The notes: generated from the letters alone by a model not told the origin. DNA of 64,000 bases from an uncultured Corynebacterium sp. (GCA_964613845.1 CAZTIZ010000001.1:17665-81664), one strand, 5' to 3'. Counted from the first letter of the stretch, positions 40,831-52,352 are shown. Numbers and translations: made by a program.

Positions 40831-41424
40831 GTGAAGCTGTCCAAGATCACCGCCATCACCGCCGCTTTCGGCGCAGCCTTCGCGCTGGCCGCCTGCGCCG
40901 ATGACGGAGAGGAGACCGCCGACACCACCGAGACCACCGTGACCGAGCAGGCCCCGGCGGAGGCCGCTCCGGAGATGCCGAGCGCTGAGGAGCTCAACCT
41001 CGTCCTGGCCCAGACCACCGACGCCGACCTGCCGATGGAGGAGCGCGTCAACACCGTCCAGGGCGGGGAGACCGCGCCCGAGCTGTTCGAGACCATGACC
41101 CTGTCCAAGGAGGAGTCGGGCGCCGACTTCCAGGTCGTCACCCCGGTGCTGCCCGGCTATACCGATAATTCCGTGCTGGCCACCGTGAACTTCACGCTTC
41201 CGGAGCGGCCGGCCCAGGTCGCCGACAACGTCGAGTTCATCTACGAGGACGGCTACTGGAAGCTCTCCCAGTCCTGGGCCTGCACCCTCATCGAGAACAC
41301 CGTCGCCGAGGATCAGGTGCCGCAGATGTGCACCGACGGCACCGTCAGTGAGCCCCCGCTGGAGGACCAGCCGGGCGAGGAGGTCCCTGAGGGGCTGCCG
41401 GTCGAGGAGCAGCCTGCCCTCTAA
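40831..41424 (+). CDS. hypothetical lipoprotein
   Basis: VKLSKITAITAAFGAAFALAAC|ADDGEE lipobox. GAGGAG lies upstream of GTG 40831. The mature part is acidic. Confidence 0.65.
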   Translation: MKLSKITAITAAFGAAFALAACADDGEETADTTETTVTEQAPAEAAPEMPSAEELNLVLAQTTDADLPMEERVNTVQGGETAPELFETMTLSKEESGADFQVVTPVLPGYTDNSVLATVNFTLPERPAQVADNVEFIYEDGYWKLSQSWACTLIENTVAEDQVPQMCTDGTVSEPPLEDQPGEEVPEGLPVEEQPAL

Positions 41425-43079
41425 CCCCCGGCTCCTCCCAGCGTGAGTACCGTGGTGCGGCCGCCTGCACGCCGTGCCCACCGCCGCCGGATCCACCGGT
41501 CGTGGGTGGCCATGATCACCGTGCCTGGAAACTCCGCCAGTGCCGCCTCCAGCTCCTCCGCCAGCGACAGGGAGATGTGGTTGGTCGGCTCATCGAGCAG
41601 CAGCAGGTCCGGCGGGGAGGCCAGGATGATACCCAGGGAGATCCGTCGCCGCTGACCCGGGGACAGTTCCCCGAGTGGTCGCGCGGCGGTCTCCTTGTCC
41701 ATCAGCCCCATCGCCACCAGGTCAGGGGAACCTGCGGGCACCCGGGCGGCGAAGACCTCGGCGGCCGGGGTGTCCGGCTCCTCCCACTCATCATCCTGGT
41801 TCAGCCGGGCCACCCGCAGTTCCTCCGGAACTCGGAGTACCCCGGCGTCCGCGTCGAGCCGTCCCTGCAGCACCGACAGGAAGGTCGACTTTCCTGAGCC
41901 GTTGGGCCCTTCAACCAGCAGATGCTGCCCGGGTTGCACCGTCACCGTCACCGGCCCCAGCCGTCCCGTGACCACCAGGTCCTCGGCGAAGACCGCCGGT
42001 TCGCCCAGGGCGGTCGGGGTGGTGCGGTCAGGGATGCCGTGGAAGGCCAGCTGCGGTGGCGGTGCCGGTAACTCCTCGCGTTCCAGTGCCTCCAGGCGGT
42101 TGCGGGCCGAGCGCAGCCGGTTGCCCAGCGTTCGGGCCGCCCGGTCGGCGAAGAACTTCTCCGAGGCCCGGGTCTCCGACTTCGATGTCTCCCGGTGAAA
42201 GACATCCCCCTCACCCTGCTCGGTGGCCCGCGACAACCGGACGCGCTCGTGCTCCTGCACGGTGTAGAGCTCCGCCCACCGGCGCCGCACCTGCTCCCGG
42301 GCCGCGAGATAATCGGTGAAGTCCCCGGTGAACTGCGTGCCCTGCCGGGTCTCCTCCCCGAAACCACCCGCCACGCCCAGGCCGGGGTCCAGGTCCACCA
42401 GCGAATCGGCGACCTCGTCGAGGAAGAACCGGTCATGGCTGGCCACCAGCACCGGGCCCGGGTGGTTGCGCAGCTCGCCGATGAGGAAGTCCACCCCGGC
42501 ATCGTCGAGATGGTTGGTCGGTTCATCGAGCACCAGCCCGTCCACGGGCCGCAACAGCAGGGCGGCCAGTGCGAAACGACGTCGCTGCCCACCCGACATC
42601 CCGCCCAACGGTGTGTCCTGCGCGACCTCCGCCAACCCCAGCCCGGCCAGCACCGTGGCGATGCGGGCATCCAGCTCCCACACCCCGGACTGCTCCGCCT
42701 GCGCCAGTGCCGCATCGAAGGCGTCCGCCGCCGCCGGGTCCTCCCCCAGGCGCATCGACAGGTCCGTGATCTCCTGCTCCACCGCCCGCAGTTCCGCCAC
42801 GGCGGCGTCGATCAGCGCAGAGGCCGGGGCGGAGAAGGGCAGCTGTGTCTCCTGCGCGATGACACCCGTGACCGGCGGGGTGGTGACCGTCCCGATATCG
42901 GGCTCCAGCGCACCTGCGATCAGCTCCAGCAGCGTGGACTTACCGGCCCCGTTTTCACCGATCAGACCGGTGACGTGGCCGGAGGGCACGGCGAAGGTGA
43001 CATCGGTGAGCACGCGATGCACCTGCCCCGGATACGTGAAGCTCAGTCCGTCGATTTTGAGGTGGTGGGGCGAAACCAT
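41421..43079 (-). CDS. ABC-F family ATPase (two ABC domains, no TM domain)
   Basis: Two Walker A motifs (GENGAGKST, GPNGSGKST), two signature motifs (MSGGQRRR, LSPGQRRR) and two Walker B motifs (LVLDEPTNHLD, LLLDEPTNHIS) joined by a charged linker. Confidence 0.9.
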   Translation of the reverse strand: MVSPHHLKIDGLSFTYPGQVHRVLTDVTFAVPSGHVTGLIGENGAGKSTLLELIAGALEPDIGTVTTPPVTGVIAQETQLPFSAPASALIDAAVAELRAVEQEITDLSMRLGEDPAAADAFDAALAQAEQSGVWELDARIATVLAGLGLAEVAQDTPLGGMSGGQRRRFALAALLLRPVDGLVLDEPTNHLDDAGVDFLIGELRNHPGPVLVASHDRFFLDEVADSLVDLDPGLGVAGGFGEETRQGTQFTGDFTDYLAAREQVRRRWAELYTVQEHERVRLSRATEQGEGDVFHRETSKSETRASEKFFADRAARTLGNRLRSARNRLEALEREELPAPPPQLAFHGIPDRTTPTALGEPAVFAEDLVVTGRLGPVTVTVQPGQHLLVEGPNGSGKSTFLSVLQGRLDADAGVLRVPEELRVARLNQDDEWEEPDTPAAEVFAARVPAGSPDLVAMGLMDKETAARPLGELSPGQRRRISLGIILASPPDLLLLDEPTNHISLSLAEELEAALAEFPGTVIMATHDRWIRRRWARRAGGRTTVLTLGGAGG

Positions 43080-43164
43080 GGCAGGGTCCTTCGGTCAGTG
43101 ATCGAGCAGCGGCAGGAAGTGGGGACGATCACCGAAGGTTCATGTCTTTCAGCCTAGCGCAGGC

Positions 43165-44160
43165 TCAGCGGTACGCGATCGACGTCGTGGAGTCCTGCAC
43201 CACGCGCACCTGCGCGTCCTGCCCGCCGTAGATCACCCGGGTGGTGTAGGCGACCTGACCCGCCACCGGCAGCGGCTTGCTCAGGTCGATGGTCAGGGAT
43301 CCCTCGCTGGTGGTGTTGGAGTTGAGCACGTTGAGTGTCTCCCCGCTCAACCCCTCCGCCCCGGGCTGCCCCTCCAGGGACAGGGCGCCGAGTGCCGGGC
43401 GCTGCTGCACGTTGACGTCGAGTTCAACGAGTTCACCCTCCAGGCCGGTGAGGGTGAAGGTGGTGGTCTGCAGCAGGGTGGCCTCACCGGTGACCCGGGA
43501 GTCAACGGACCAGACCGCGCCGACGCCGATCGGCTCCTCGGGGAAGACCGTTGGCAGGGACAGGATCTTCATGACCGCCTGCTCCGTCATCGCGCGCCCC
43601 TCGTCGGTGGCGTCGACCGGGGCCGCGAGGTTGACGGTGGAGAGCCGACCGGAGTCCCCGGCGCGCCAGCCCACCCGGAACCCTTCGGCGCTGCGCAGGT
43701 CTTCCAGCAGAGCCAGGTCGGAGGAGGATGGCTCGCCCGTGCGCAGCTCCACCTCGCGGGCGGCCTCACGTTCGATCTCGGAGTCGGGTTCGGGCTCGGG
43801 GGCGGCGGCGGTGTGGCCGTTCATCGGCAGGGTGAGGGTGGTGACGTCGCCGCCGGCGGGTGCCTGGACCTCGACGGTGTCGGCACGCATGAGTGACTGG
43901 TCGAAGCCCTCGGACACCTCGATGGTGACGTGCTGTTGCGCAGCGTCGGGGTCCTCGGTGATGTCGTCGAAGACGAGGGTGCGGCCGGGGCCCTCGCCAG
44001 CGGACTGCAGGGTCACCCGGGGGGCGTCCACGGCCAGTCCCACGGGGGCCTCGACAGAGGTGTCGACCTCCTCGCCGGTGCAGCTGACCAGCGTCAGTGT
44101 GGTTGCGGTGAGGAGTGCGGCGAGAGCGCGGGCGGGGCGGCGGAAGGTCAGGGATGGCAC
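43165..44160 (-). CDS. hypothetical lipoprotein
   Basis: MPSLTFRRPARALAALLTATTLTLVSC|TGEE lipobox. 331 aa. No family recognised. Confidence 0.6.
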   Translation of the reverse strand: MPSLTFRRPARALAALLTATTLTLVSCTGEEVDTSVEAPVGLAVDAPRVTLQSAGEGPGRTLVFDDITEDPDAAQQHVTIEVSEGFDQSLMRADTVEVQAPAGGDVTTLTLPMNGHTAAAPEPEPDSEIEREAAREVELRTGEPSSSDLALLEDLRSAEGFRVGWRAGDSGRLSTVNLAAPVDATDEGRAMTEQAVMKILSLPTVFPEEPIGVGAVWSVDSRVTGEATLLQTTTFTLTGLEGELVELDVNVQQRPALGALSLEGQPGAEGLSGETLNVLNSNTTSEGSLTIDLSKPLPVAGQVAYTTRVIYGGQDAQVRVVQDSTTSIAYR

Positions 44161-44230
44161 GCATCCACGGTACCTGACGGCCCTGGCAGGAAGGGGTCGG
44201 GTTGGACCGTGGGGAGGAGCGTGGGGGAAG

Positions 44231-44794
44231 ATGGGATGCGTGAGTCAGGTCAAACAGCAGTTCCGGAGACATGTACCCCTCATGGCCGCGATCGTCCTCG
44301 GTGTCGCGGCCGTCGATCAGGTGCTCAAGATCATCATGCTCGCCTGGCTGGATCCGGGGCGGCCGGTGTCGGTGATCGGTGAGTGGTTCCGTTTCGTGTT
44401 GCTGTTCAACCCGGGTGCGGCGTTCTCCATGGGGCAGGACTCCACGTGGTTGTTCACCACCATCCAGTTGGTCTTCGTCGTGGGGATCGCGGTGGCGGCG
44501 CCGCGGATCCGGGACCGGTGGACGGCAGTGGGACTGTCCCTGATCGCCGGTGGTGCGCTGGGCAATCTCATCGACCGGCTGTTCCGGGAGCCGGGCTTCT
44601 GGTTCGGTCATGTGGTGGACTTCATCTCGGTGGGTAATTTCGCGGTGTTCAACATCGCGGATGCGGCGATCACCGTCGGAGTCTTCGTCTTCGTCCTCGC
44701 GATCTTCGCCGAGGAGCGCCGTGAGTCGCGGCAGGGTAAACAGCAGAAGCAGCAGAACAGAAAAGATCAGGAGGCCCGTACCCATGACGCGTGA
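44231..44794 (+). CDS. lspA: lipoprotein signal peptidase (signal peptidase II)
   Basis: [17 protein letters not shown] and FNIADAAI motifs. ATG 44231 is chosen; the upstream part of track ORF 43277.. is antisense to the lipoprotein gene. Confidence 0.9.
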   Translation: MGCVSQVKQQFRRHVPLMAAIVLGVAAVDQVLKIIMLAWLDPGRPVSVIGEWFRFVLLFNPGAAFSMGQDSTWLFTTIQLVFVVGIAVAAPRIRDRWTAVGLSLIAGGALGNLIDRLFREPGFWFGHVVDFISVGNFAVFNIADAAITVGVFVFVLAIFAEERRESRQGKQQKQQNRKDQEARTHDA

Positions 44795-45710
44795 AGTGCG
44801 CACCCTACCCGTGCCCGAGGGGCTGGCCGGGATGCGTGTCGACGCCGCCCTGTCCCGCCTGCTCGGTATCTCCCGGACGGTCGCCGCGGAGCTGGCCGGT
44901 GAGGGGGACGTGTCCGTCGATGGCGCGACCGTCGGGAAGTCGGAGCGGCTCCATGAGGGCGCCTGGCTGGAGGTGACCCTGCCTGCGCCCGCGACACCGC
45001 TGCTGCCCCGTGCGGAGCTGGTCGAGGGGATGGACATCCTCTACTCGGATGACCACCTCATCGCGGTACACAAGCCGGTGGGTGTCGCCGCACACCCGAC
45101 GATCGGGTGGGAGGGGCCCACCGTGGTCGGGGGGCTGGCGGCGGCGGGCTTCCGGATCTCCACCTCGGGTCCGCCGGAGCGCAAGGGCATTGTGCAGCGC
45201 CTCGACGTCGGTACGTCCGGGGTGATGGTGGTCGCAGCGTCGGAACGCGGCTATTCGGTACTCAAGCAGGCCTTCCGGGACCGGACGGTGGAGAAGACCT
45301 ACCACGCACTGGTGCAGGGACACCCGGATCCGTTCCGCGGCACCATCGACGCCCCGATCGGCCGGCACCCGTCCGCGGGCTGGCGGTTCGCGGTCACCAG
45401 TGACGGCAAGGAGGCGCTGACCCACTACGAGACGGTGGAAGCCTTCCCCGAGGCCACGTTGCTGGAGATCGCGCTGGAGACCGGCCGCACCCACCAGATT
45501 CGCGTCCACATGTCGGCGATCAACCATCCCTGCGTCGGTGATCCGATGTACGGTTCCGATCCGGAACTGGCACAGCGACTGGGGCTGATCCGTCAGTGGC
45601 TGCATGCGGTGCGCATCGGGTTCACCCACCCGGCCGACGGCCGCTGGATGGAGATCGAGGCCCCGTACCCGGCTGATCTGCAGCACGCGCTCGATATGGT
45701 GCGGGGATGA
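44784..45710 (+). CDS. RluA-family 23S rRNA pseudouridine synthase (RluD-like, with an S4 N-terminal domain)
   Basis: S4-like [21 protein letters not shown]. Catalytic HRLD-type motif ([13 protein letters not shown]) and GRTHQIRVH. It overlaps the lspA stop by 11 nt. Confidence 0.9.
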   Translation: MTREVRTLPVPEGLAGMRVDAALSRLLGISRTVAAELAGEGDVSVDGATVGKSERLHEGAWLEVTLPAPATPLLPRAELVEGMDILYSDDHLIAVHKPVGVAAHPTIGWEGPTVVGGLAAAGFRISTSGPPERKGIVQRLDVGTSGVMVVAASERGYSVLKQAFRDRTVEKTYHALVQGHPDPFRGTIDAPIGRHPSAGWRFAVTSDGKEALTHYETVEAFPEATLLEIALETGRTHQIRVHMSAINHPCVGDPMYGSDPELAQRLGLIRQWLHAVRIGFTHPADGRWMEIEAPYPADLQHALDMVRG

Positions 45711-46288
45711 CTGGCCGGGCGGACATGATCCGGAAGGTGCTCGCGGTGGTGGCGGTACTCGTCCTGATCGGACTGGTGGCGGTGCTGAGCTTCGACGACC
45801 GCACCTCCCGCCCGATGCCACCCAACGGTGACATGCTGGGCATGGATCCGGAGCAGAGCTTCGCGCAGTACCGCGCGCACGCCGAGGCCTCCCTCATGGC
45901 CGCCCCCGCGGAAGAACAGGCCTTCGCACTGGTGACCTTCACCGGAGAGACGACCCCGGAGGTAGCCGCCGGAGTGCTGGAGCCGGTGGGCAGGGTCAAT
46001 GCGATGCTCATCTCCCTGGCAGCACCCTTCCCCCTGCCGGAGCCGGTGGCCGGGGAGAACCGGGCGGACGTGTTCGACCGGGAGCTGGGACGGATCAGCC
46101 ACAGTCTGTCCGGGGTGGGTGACGTCCCCACCCCGGAGGGGCTGGACGCGGTGATCATCTGGGAGAACGGACAGACCCTGCGCACCCTCGCGGAAGAGGG
46201 GAACGTGGCCACCGTCGAGGCCCTGCCACCGGACGCGGCCTGGGGCCGGTTCGGGGTCCGGCCGGTGCAGCTGGATCAGTCCGCCTGA
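45707..46288 (+). CDS. hypothetical membrane-anchored protein
   Basis: N-terminal TM segment [21 protein letters not shown] overlap with the preceding stop suggests co-translation with the lspA-rlu operon. No family recognised. Confidence 0.5.
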   Translation: MTGRADMIRKVLAVVAVLVLIGLVAVLSFDDRTSRPMPPNGDMLGMDPEQSFAQYRAHAEASLMAAPAEEQAFALVTFTGETTPEVAAGVLEPVGRVNAMLISLAAPFPLPEPVAGENRADVFDRELGRISHSLSGVGDVPTPEGLDAVIIWENGQTLRTLAEEGNVATVEALPPDAAWGRFGVRPVQLDQSA

Positions 46289-47154
46289 TCCCGGGCACGC
46301 CGGGTGCGCTGGTGGCGTTGTCGCAGCAGGTCCACCAGGTACAGGGACACCGCGAGCCAGATGATGATGAAACCGACCCAGCGGGCGGCGGGCATGTGCT
46401 CCTGGGTGACGAACAGCGCCCACAGCATCTGCAGGGTGGGGGTGAGGTACTGGATCATGCCGATCGTCGACAACGGCAGGCGCTTGGCGGCCATGCCGAA
46501 CAGCAGCAGCGGGATGGTGGTGATCAGACCCGAGGTGATCAGCAGCAGCGAGTGCGTGGGCCCCTCCGAGAAGAAGGTGCCCTGCCCGCTGCTCTCCAGC
46601 CAGATGATCCAGGCCAGCCCGAGCGGGGCCACGACCAGGGTCTCCGCTGTCAGGGAGGACGTCGCGGAGACCTGGACGCGCTTCTTCACCAGGCCGTAGA
46701 AACCGAAGGTCACGGCCATCCCCAGCGCCATCACCGGGGCCTGCCCGGACAGGAAGGTCAGCTGGATGACACCGAGCGTCGCGATGCCGACCGCCCCCAG
46801 CTGCAGGCCGCGCAGGCGTTCCCCGAGCAGGAGCACACCCAACATGATCGACAGCAGCGGGTTGATGAAGTAGCCGAGCGCGGCGTCGGCCACGTGACCG
46901 GTGTTGACCGCCAGCACGTAGATGCCCCAGTTCGCGGAGATCAGTGCGCCGGCGGCGATCAGCTGCAGCCAGGTGCGTCGCGATGCCGTACGCAGCTCCA
47001 CCCAGCCACGTCGCACCGTGACGACCAGGGCCATGACCACGGCGGTCCACAGCACCCGGTGCGCCAGGATCTCCAGGGGGGAGGCCGGCATCAGGAGCGG
47101 GAAGAAGGCGGGGAACAGACCCCAGGAAAGGTAGGCGAGCACACCGTAGATCAC
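46276..47154 (-). CDS. rarD: EamA/RarD family transporter
   Basis: 10-TM DMT-superfamily protein. The N-terminus MIYGVLAYLSWGLFPAFFPLL is typical of RarD. Confidence 0.8.
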   Translation of the reverse strand: MIYGVLAYLSWGLFPAFFPLLMPASPLEILAHRVLWTAVVMALVVTVRRGWVELRTASRRTWLQLIAAGALISANWGIYVLAVNTGHVADAALGYFINPLLSIMLGVLLLGERLRGLQLGAVGIATLGVIQLTFLSGQAPVMALGMAVTFGFYGLVKKRVQVSATSSLTAETLVVAPLGLAWIIWLESSGQGTFFSEGPTHSLLLITSGLITTIPLLLFGMAAKRLPLSTIGMIQYLTPTLQMLWALFVTQEHMPAARWVGFIIIWLAVSLYLVDLLRQRHQRTRRARDQAD

Positions 47155-47294
47155 GGGGAGACAGCCTAGCCCGGTGTGCCACCCCCTCCCGGATCACCTC
47201 CGAACCCGGGCGGTCGTCGATCAGCGATAGGTGGTCTGACCTGCCGGGATAAGGATAATTTACCTTGTTCAGGGCGGGGGCTAGACTCTCGTGC

Positions 47295-50200
47295 ATGGCT
47301 AAAAAATCGTCCTTCGTGCATCTCCACAACCACACCGAGTTCTCGATGCTCGACGGGATGGCGAAGATCGACATGCTCGCCGATGAGGTCAACCGGCAGG
47401 ACATGCCGGCCGTCGGCATCACCGATCACGGCAACATGTACGGCTCGGACGCCTTCTACCGGAAGATGACGGCCTCCGGCATCAAACCCATCATCGGCGT
47501 CGAGGCGTACCTGGCCCCGGAATCGCGCTTCAACAAGAAGCGCGTGCGCTGGGGTGAGCCGCACCAGAAGTCCGACGACGTCTCCGCCTCCGGCGCCTAC
47601 CTCCACCAGACGATGCTGGCGGAGAACGCCACCGGCCTGCGCAACCTGTTCTACCTGTCCTCGATGGCCTCCTACGAGGGCCAGCTGGGCAAGTGGCCAC
47701 GCATGGACGCCGAACTGATCGCCGAGCACGCCGACGGCATCATCGCCACCACCGGTTGCCCCTCCGGTGACGTGCAGACCCGACTGCGGCTGGGCCAGTT
47801 CAACGAGGCCCTCGAAGCCGCCGCGATGTGGCAGGACATCTACGGCCGGGACCACTACTTCCTGGAACTGATGGACCACGACCTGGAGATCGAGAAGCGG
47901 GTGCGCGATGACCTGCTGGAGATCGGCCGTCGGCTGGATCTGCCGCCGCTGGTGACCAACGACTGCCACTACGTGCTCGAATCGCAGGCCAAGGCACACG
48001 AGGCGATGCTGTGTGTGCAGACCGGCAAGACCCTCAGCGACCCCGACCGCTTCCGCTTCGACGGCTCCGGCTACTACATCAAGACCTCCGAGCAGATGCG
48101 TGGCATGTGGGACCACCTGGTCCCCGAGGCCTGCGACAACACCCTGTGGATCGCCGAACGCGTCCAGGACTACGGCGAGATCTGGGAGGCCCACCCCCAC
48201 GACCGCATGCCGGTCGCCGATGTCCCGGAGGGCCACACCCCCACCACCTGGTTGCGCCACGAGGTCATCCGCGGACTGGAGGAGCGTTTCGACGGCGCCG
48301 AGGTCCCACAGGACTACATCGAGCGCGCCGACTACGAGATCGAGGTCATCGACCTCAAGGGTTACCCCTCCTACTTCCTCATCGTCGCCGAGATCATCAA
48401 GCACGCCCGCGAGATCGGCATCCGCGTGGGCCCGGGCCGTGGTTCGGCCGCCGGCGCGCTCGTCGCCTACGCGCTGACCATCACCAACATTGACCCGATG
48501 GAGCACGGCCTGCTCTTCGAGCGGTTCCTCAACCCCGAACGCCCCTCCGCACCCGATATCGATATCGACTTCGATGACCGCCGCCGCGGCGAGATGATCG
48601 CCTACGCCGCCGAACGCTGGGGCGAGGACAAGATCGCCCAGGTAATCACCTTCGGCACGGTGAAGACCAAACAGGCCATCAAGGACTCCGCCCGCGTGCA
48701 GTACGGTCAACCCGGCTACCAGATGGCCGACCGCATCACCAAGGAACTCCCGCCGCCGATCATGGCCAAGGACATTCCGCTGGCCGGCATCACAGATCCC
48801 ACGCACGAGCGCTACGGCGAGGCCGCCAACATCCGCAGCCTCATCGAGACCGACCCCGACGTCAGGAAGATCTACGAGACCGCCCGCGGCCTGGAGGGCG
48901 TGGTCCGCCAGGCCGGCGTCCACGCCTGCGCGGTGATCATGTCGAGTGTTCCGCTGCTCGACCACATCCCGATGTGGAAACGCCCCGCCGACGGCGCACT
49001 CATCACCGGCTGGGACTACCCCGCCTGCGAGGCCATCGGCCTGCTGAAGATGGATTTCCTGGGACTGCGCAACCTCACCGTCCTCGGCGACGCCATCGAG
49101 AACATCCGCAAGAACCGGGGCGAGGAGATCGACCTGGAGACCATGGCCGTCGAGGACAGGGCCACCTATGAGCTGCTCGGCCGCGGCTCCACCCTGGGTG
49201 TCTTCCAGCTCGACAGTGGCGGCATGCAGGAACTACTCAAGCGCATGCAGCCCACCGGCTTCAACGACATCGTCGCCTCGCTGGCCCTCTACCGCCCCGG
49301 ACCGATGGGCGTCAACGCCCACCTCGACTACGCCGACCGGAAGAACGGCCGCAAACCCATCGAACCGATCCACCCGGAGCTGGAGGAACCGCTCCGCGAG
49401 ATCCTGGACGAGACCTACGGCCTGATCGTCTACCAGGAGCAGATCATGGAGATCTCCCGCAAGGTGGCGAACTACACCGCCGGTGAGGCCGACGGCTTCC
49501 GCAAGGCCATGGGTAAGAAGCAGCCCGAGGTCCTGGAGAAGGAGTACGCGAAGTTCGAGGCCGGGATGCAGTCCAACGGCTTCTCCCGTGAAGCGATCAA
49601 GGCCCTGTGGGACACGATCCTGCCCTTCGCCTCCTACGCCTTCAACAAGTCACACGCCGCCGGCTATGGCCTGGTCTCCTTCTGGACCGCCTACCTCAAG
49701 GCCCACTACGCCCCTGAGTACATGGCCGCTCTCCTGACCTCCGTGGCCGACAAGAAGGACAAGTCCGCCATCTACCTCTCCGACTGCCGCCACCTGGGCA
49801 TCAAGGTGCTCTCGCCCGACGTCAACGAATCCGAACAGGACTTCATGGCCGTCGGTGAGGACATCCGCTTCGGTCTGGGGGCAATCCGCAACGTCGGCGG
49901 GGAAGTGGTCGAATCGATCGTCAGGACGCGCCGGGAGAAGGGGGACTTCAAGGACTTCGGGGACTACCTGGAGAAGATCGAGCTGCTGCCCTGCAACAAG
50001 CGCATCACCGAGTCCCTGGTCAAGGCCGGGGCCTTCGACTCCCTCGGCCACCCGCGTAAGGGACTGGCCCTCATCCACGAGGACGCCGTCGACGCGATGC
50101 TGGCGACGAAGAAGGCAGCGGACAAGGGGCAGTTCGACCTCTTCGCCGGTTTCGGCGGGGACGACTCCGAGGCCCCGAACGTCTTCGCCATCGAGGTCCC

Positions 50201-50855
50201 GCAGGAGACCTGGGACCGCAAGCACGAACTGGCCCTGGAGCGTGAGATGCTCGGTCTCTACGTCTCCGGGCATCCGCTCGACGGTTTCGAGGAGGCCCTG
50301 GCGGCGCAGACCGACACCGCCCTCACCCGGATCCTGTCCGGTGAAATGCGCCATGGCGCGGAGGTGACCATCGGCGGCATCATCTCGGCCGTGGACCGGC
50401 GCTTCTCGAAGAAGGACGGTTCCCCCTGGGCCATCGTCACGGTGGAGGACCATAACGGCGCCCAGGTGGAGCTGCTGGTCTTCAACAAGGTCTATGCGCT
50501 CGTTGCCTCGCAGATCGTCGAGGACAACATCGTTCTGGCCAAGGCCCACATCTCCATCCGGGATGACCGGATGTCCCTGTTCTGCGATGACCTGAAGGTG
50601 CCCGAGCTCGGGCCGGGCAACGGTGCCGGCCTGCCGCTGCGGCTGACGATGCGTACCGACCAGTGCACGATGGAGAACATCGCCCGGCTCAAGGAGGTGC
50701 TGGTGGACAACACCGGTGACTCAGACGTCTACCTCAACCTGATCAGCGGGGATGAGTCGACCATGATGATCCTGGGTGAGCACCTGCGGGTGAAGCGCTC
50801 CGCTTCCCTCATGGGGGACCTGAAGGCGACGATGGGCCCCGGCATCCTCGGATGA
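47295..50855 (+). CDS. dnaE1: DNA polymerase III alpha subunit
   Basis: PHP domain [15 protein letters not shown], the palm/fingers region, and an OB fold near the C-terminus, in a protein of about 1186 aa. ATG 47295 is preferred to track TTG 47265. Confidence 0.97.
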   Translation: MAKKSSFVHLHNHTEFSMLDGMAKIDMLADEVNRQDMPAVGITDHGNMYGSDAFYRKMTASGIKPIIGVEAYLAPESRFNKKRVRWGEPHQKSDDVSASGAYLHQTMLAENATGLRNLFYLSSMASYEGQLGKWPRMDAELIAEHADGIIATTGCPSGDVQTRLRLGQFNEALEAAAMWQDIYGRDHYFLELMDHDLEIEKRVRDDLLEIGRRLDLPPLVTNDCHYVLESQAKAHEAMLCVQTGKTLSDPDRFRFDGSGYYIKTSEQMRGMWDHLVPEACDNTLWIAERVQDYGEIWEAHPHDRMPVADVPEGHTPTTWLRHEVIRGLEERFDGAEVPQDYIERADYEIEVIDLKGYPSYFLIVAEIIKHAREIGIRVGPGRGSAAGALVAYALTITNIDPMEHGLLFERFLNPERPSAPDIDIDFDDRRRGEMIAYAAERWGEDKIAQVITFGTVKTKQAIKDSARVQYGQPGYQMADRITKELPPPIMAKDIPLAGITDPTHERYGEAANIRSLIETDPDVRKIYETARGLEGVVRQAGVHACAVIMSSVPLLDHIPMWKRPADGALITGWDYPACEAIGLLKMDFLGLRNLTVLGDAIENIRKNRGEEIDLETMAVEDRATYELLGRGSTLGVFQLDSGGMQELLKRMQPTGFNDIVASLALYRPGPMGVNAHLDYADRKNGRKPIEPIHPELEEPLREILDETYGLIVYQEQIMEISRKVANYTAGEADGFRKAMGKKQPEVLEKEYAKFEAGMQSNGFSREAIKALWDTILPFASYAFNKSHAAGYGLVSFWTAYLKAHYAPEYMAALLTSVADKKDKSAIYLSDCRHLGIKVLSPDVNESEQDFMAVGEDIRFGLGAIRNVGGEVVESIVRTRREKGDFKDFGDYLEKIELLPCNKRITESLVKAGAFDSLGHPRKGLALIHEDAVDAMLATKKAADKGQFDLFAGFGGDDSEAPNVFAIEVPQETWDRKHELALEREMLGLYVSGHPLDGFEEALAAQTDTALTRILSGEMRHGAEVTIGGIISAVDRRFSKKDGSPWAIVTVEDHNGAQVELLVFNKVYALVASQIVEDNIVLAKAHISIRDDRMSLFCDDLKVPELGPGNGAGLPLRLTMRTDQCTMENIARLKEVLVDNTGDSDVYLNLISGDESTMMILGEHLRVKRSASLMGDLKATMGPGILG

Positions 50856-50886
50856 TCACCGTAGCTGAAGCCTGTACCGATGACGG

Positions 50887-52230
50887 GTGGCCGGGAAAAT
50901 TGGCATAGTGGGCGGTGTGAGCACAGATCCGAAAGACCCCGACACCGACAGGGTTGACCGTTCGCTCGTCCTCGGTCGTGACGGCCGGTGGGCAGCGGGG
51001 TGGGCGCTGCGTTTCATCATCTTCATCGTCGCCGGCTATATCGCCCTGCAACTGCTCGGCATCATCTGGGCGGGTCTCCTGCCGGTTCTGCTGGCCATCC
51101 TGGTCTGCACGGTCCTGTGGCCACCGGTCGCCTTCCTGCGGCGGAAACTGAGTTTCCCCGCTGCGCTGGCAGCAGCCTCGGTTCTCCTGGCCTTCCTTCT
51201 CGGCATCGTCGGGATCTTCGCCGCCATGGCGCCCGTGGTGATCAACCAGGGCCGACAGCTCATCGAGGAAGCCGGCGCAGGCTTCGGGGAGATCCGCACG
51301 TGGTTGGAGGAGCCGCCATTCAACCTCGAACTCGACCAGTTGGATGAGGTCATCGACGACGTCACGCAGTTCGTCCGGGACCAGTCCTCCAACATCGCCA
51401 GCGGCGTGTTCACCGGGTTGTCGGCGGTGACCTCGATCGTGGTCACGCTCCTGGTCACGCTGGTGCTGACCTTCTTCTTCCTCAAGGACGGCGAGCGCTT
51501 CCTGCCCTGGATGCGCCGCTACACCGGGGAGAAGGCAGGCTGGCACCTCACCGAGGTCCTCACCCGCACCTGGAATACCGTCGCAGGCTATATCCGCACT
51601 GAGGCGGTCGTGGCCTTCGTCGACGCCGTGTTCATCGGCATCGGCCTGTTCCTGCTGGGCGTGCCGCTGGCCTTCGTCCTGGCCGTGATCACCTTCTTCG
51701 CCGGCTTCATCCCCATCATCGGTGCGGTCAGCGCCGGCGCGCTGGCCGTGATCATCGCGCTGGCCACCAACGGACCCACCAACGCGCTGCTCGTGCTCGT
51801 GCTGATCATCGCCGTCCAGCAGCTGGAGGGCAATATCCTCCAGCCGGTGCTGCAGTCCAAGGCCATGAACCTCCACGCGGCCGTCGTGCTGCTGGCGGTG
51901 ACCGTGGGCGGCACCCTCTTCGGCATCATCGGTGCCTTCCTCGCCGTACCCGTCGCCGCGGCACTGGCCGTGTGGCTCCGCTACCACGCGGAGATGGCTG
52001 CCCTGCGGTCCGGTGAGATCAGTGTCGAGGACATCGAGATCGCCACAGCGAAGAGTGCCCCGGTCAGTCTGCGGGGACGGGAGGCCTTCGCCGCTGTCCG
52101 GGAACGCCTGGTGGAGCTGGGCGGTGTGGGCAGGAAGGACCCCCGCAGCAGCCGGAAGCTGACCAACCCGAACAGCACTGACATCGCGGAGGAACCGGGC
52201 AGCACCCGGGTGGGCTCCGACGAGCCCTGA
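50887..52230 (+). CDS. AI-2E (PerM/UPF0118) family transporter
   Basis: Polytopic protein with the FIPIIGA...QQLEGNILQP motif characteristic of the AI-2E family. The start is uncertain among several GTG codons. Confidence 0.8.
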   Translation: MAGKIGIVGGVSTDPKDPDTDRVDRSLVLGRDGRWAAGWALRFIIFIVAGYIALQLLGIIWAGLLPVLLAILVCTVLWPPVAFLRRKLSFPAALAAASVLLAFLLGIVGIFAAMAPVVINQGRQLIEEAGAGFGEIRTWLEEPPFNLELDQLDEVIDDVTQFVRDQSSNIASGVFTGLSAVTSIVVTLLVTLVLTFFFLKDGERFLPWMRRYTGEKAGWHLTEVLTRTWNTVAGYIRTEAVVAFVDAVFIGIGLFLLGVPLAFVLAVITFFAGFIPIIGAVSAGALAVIIALATNGPTNALLVLVLIIAVQQLEGNILQPVLQSKAMNLHAAVVLLAVTVGGTLFGIIGAFLAVPVAAALAVWLRYHAEMAALRSGEISVEDIEIATAKSAPVSLRGREAFAAVRERLVELGGVGRKDPRSSRKLTNPNSTDIAEEPGSTRVGSDEP

Positions 52231-52315
52231 GGTGGCGGAGGAACCGGCCACGTTTCTCAGCGCCTGAATTCCATGGGGCCCGTCTGCGGGGGTGGATGAT
52301 GGTGGTACATTACTG

Positions 52316-52331
52316 TAGACCGCACAGTCTA
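52316..52331. promoter_or_regulatory. TAGAC-N6-GTCTA inverted repeat (McbR-type operator)
   Basis: TAGAC (52316-20), cgcaca, GTCTA (52327-31), lying 21 nt upstream of the ATG at 52353. Confidence 0.6.
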
Positions 52332-52352
52332 TTTTCAGATTCGGGAGCATGA

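Noticed and set aside
41421-43079. ABC-F ATPase as an antibiotic-resistance (ARE) determinant.
   Set aside because: ARE and housekeeping ABC-F proteins cannot be separated by eye. There is no resistance-island context and no leader peptide or attenuator upstream. It needs phylogenetic placement before any such claim.
43277-44230. The long upstream part of the lspA ORF (505 aa in the track), plus similar over-extensions of ilvA (53300), murC (26422), yigZ (56462), divIVA (32833) and the Rv2179c-like gene (4135).
   Set aside because: The upstream segments are antisense to, or overlap, other well-supported genes. Internal starts with an SD reproduce the conserved N-termini.
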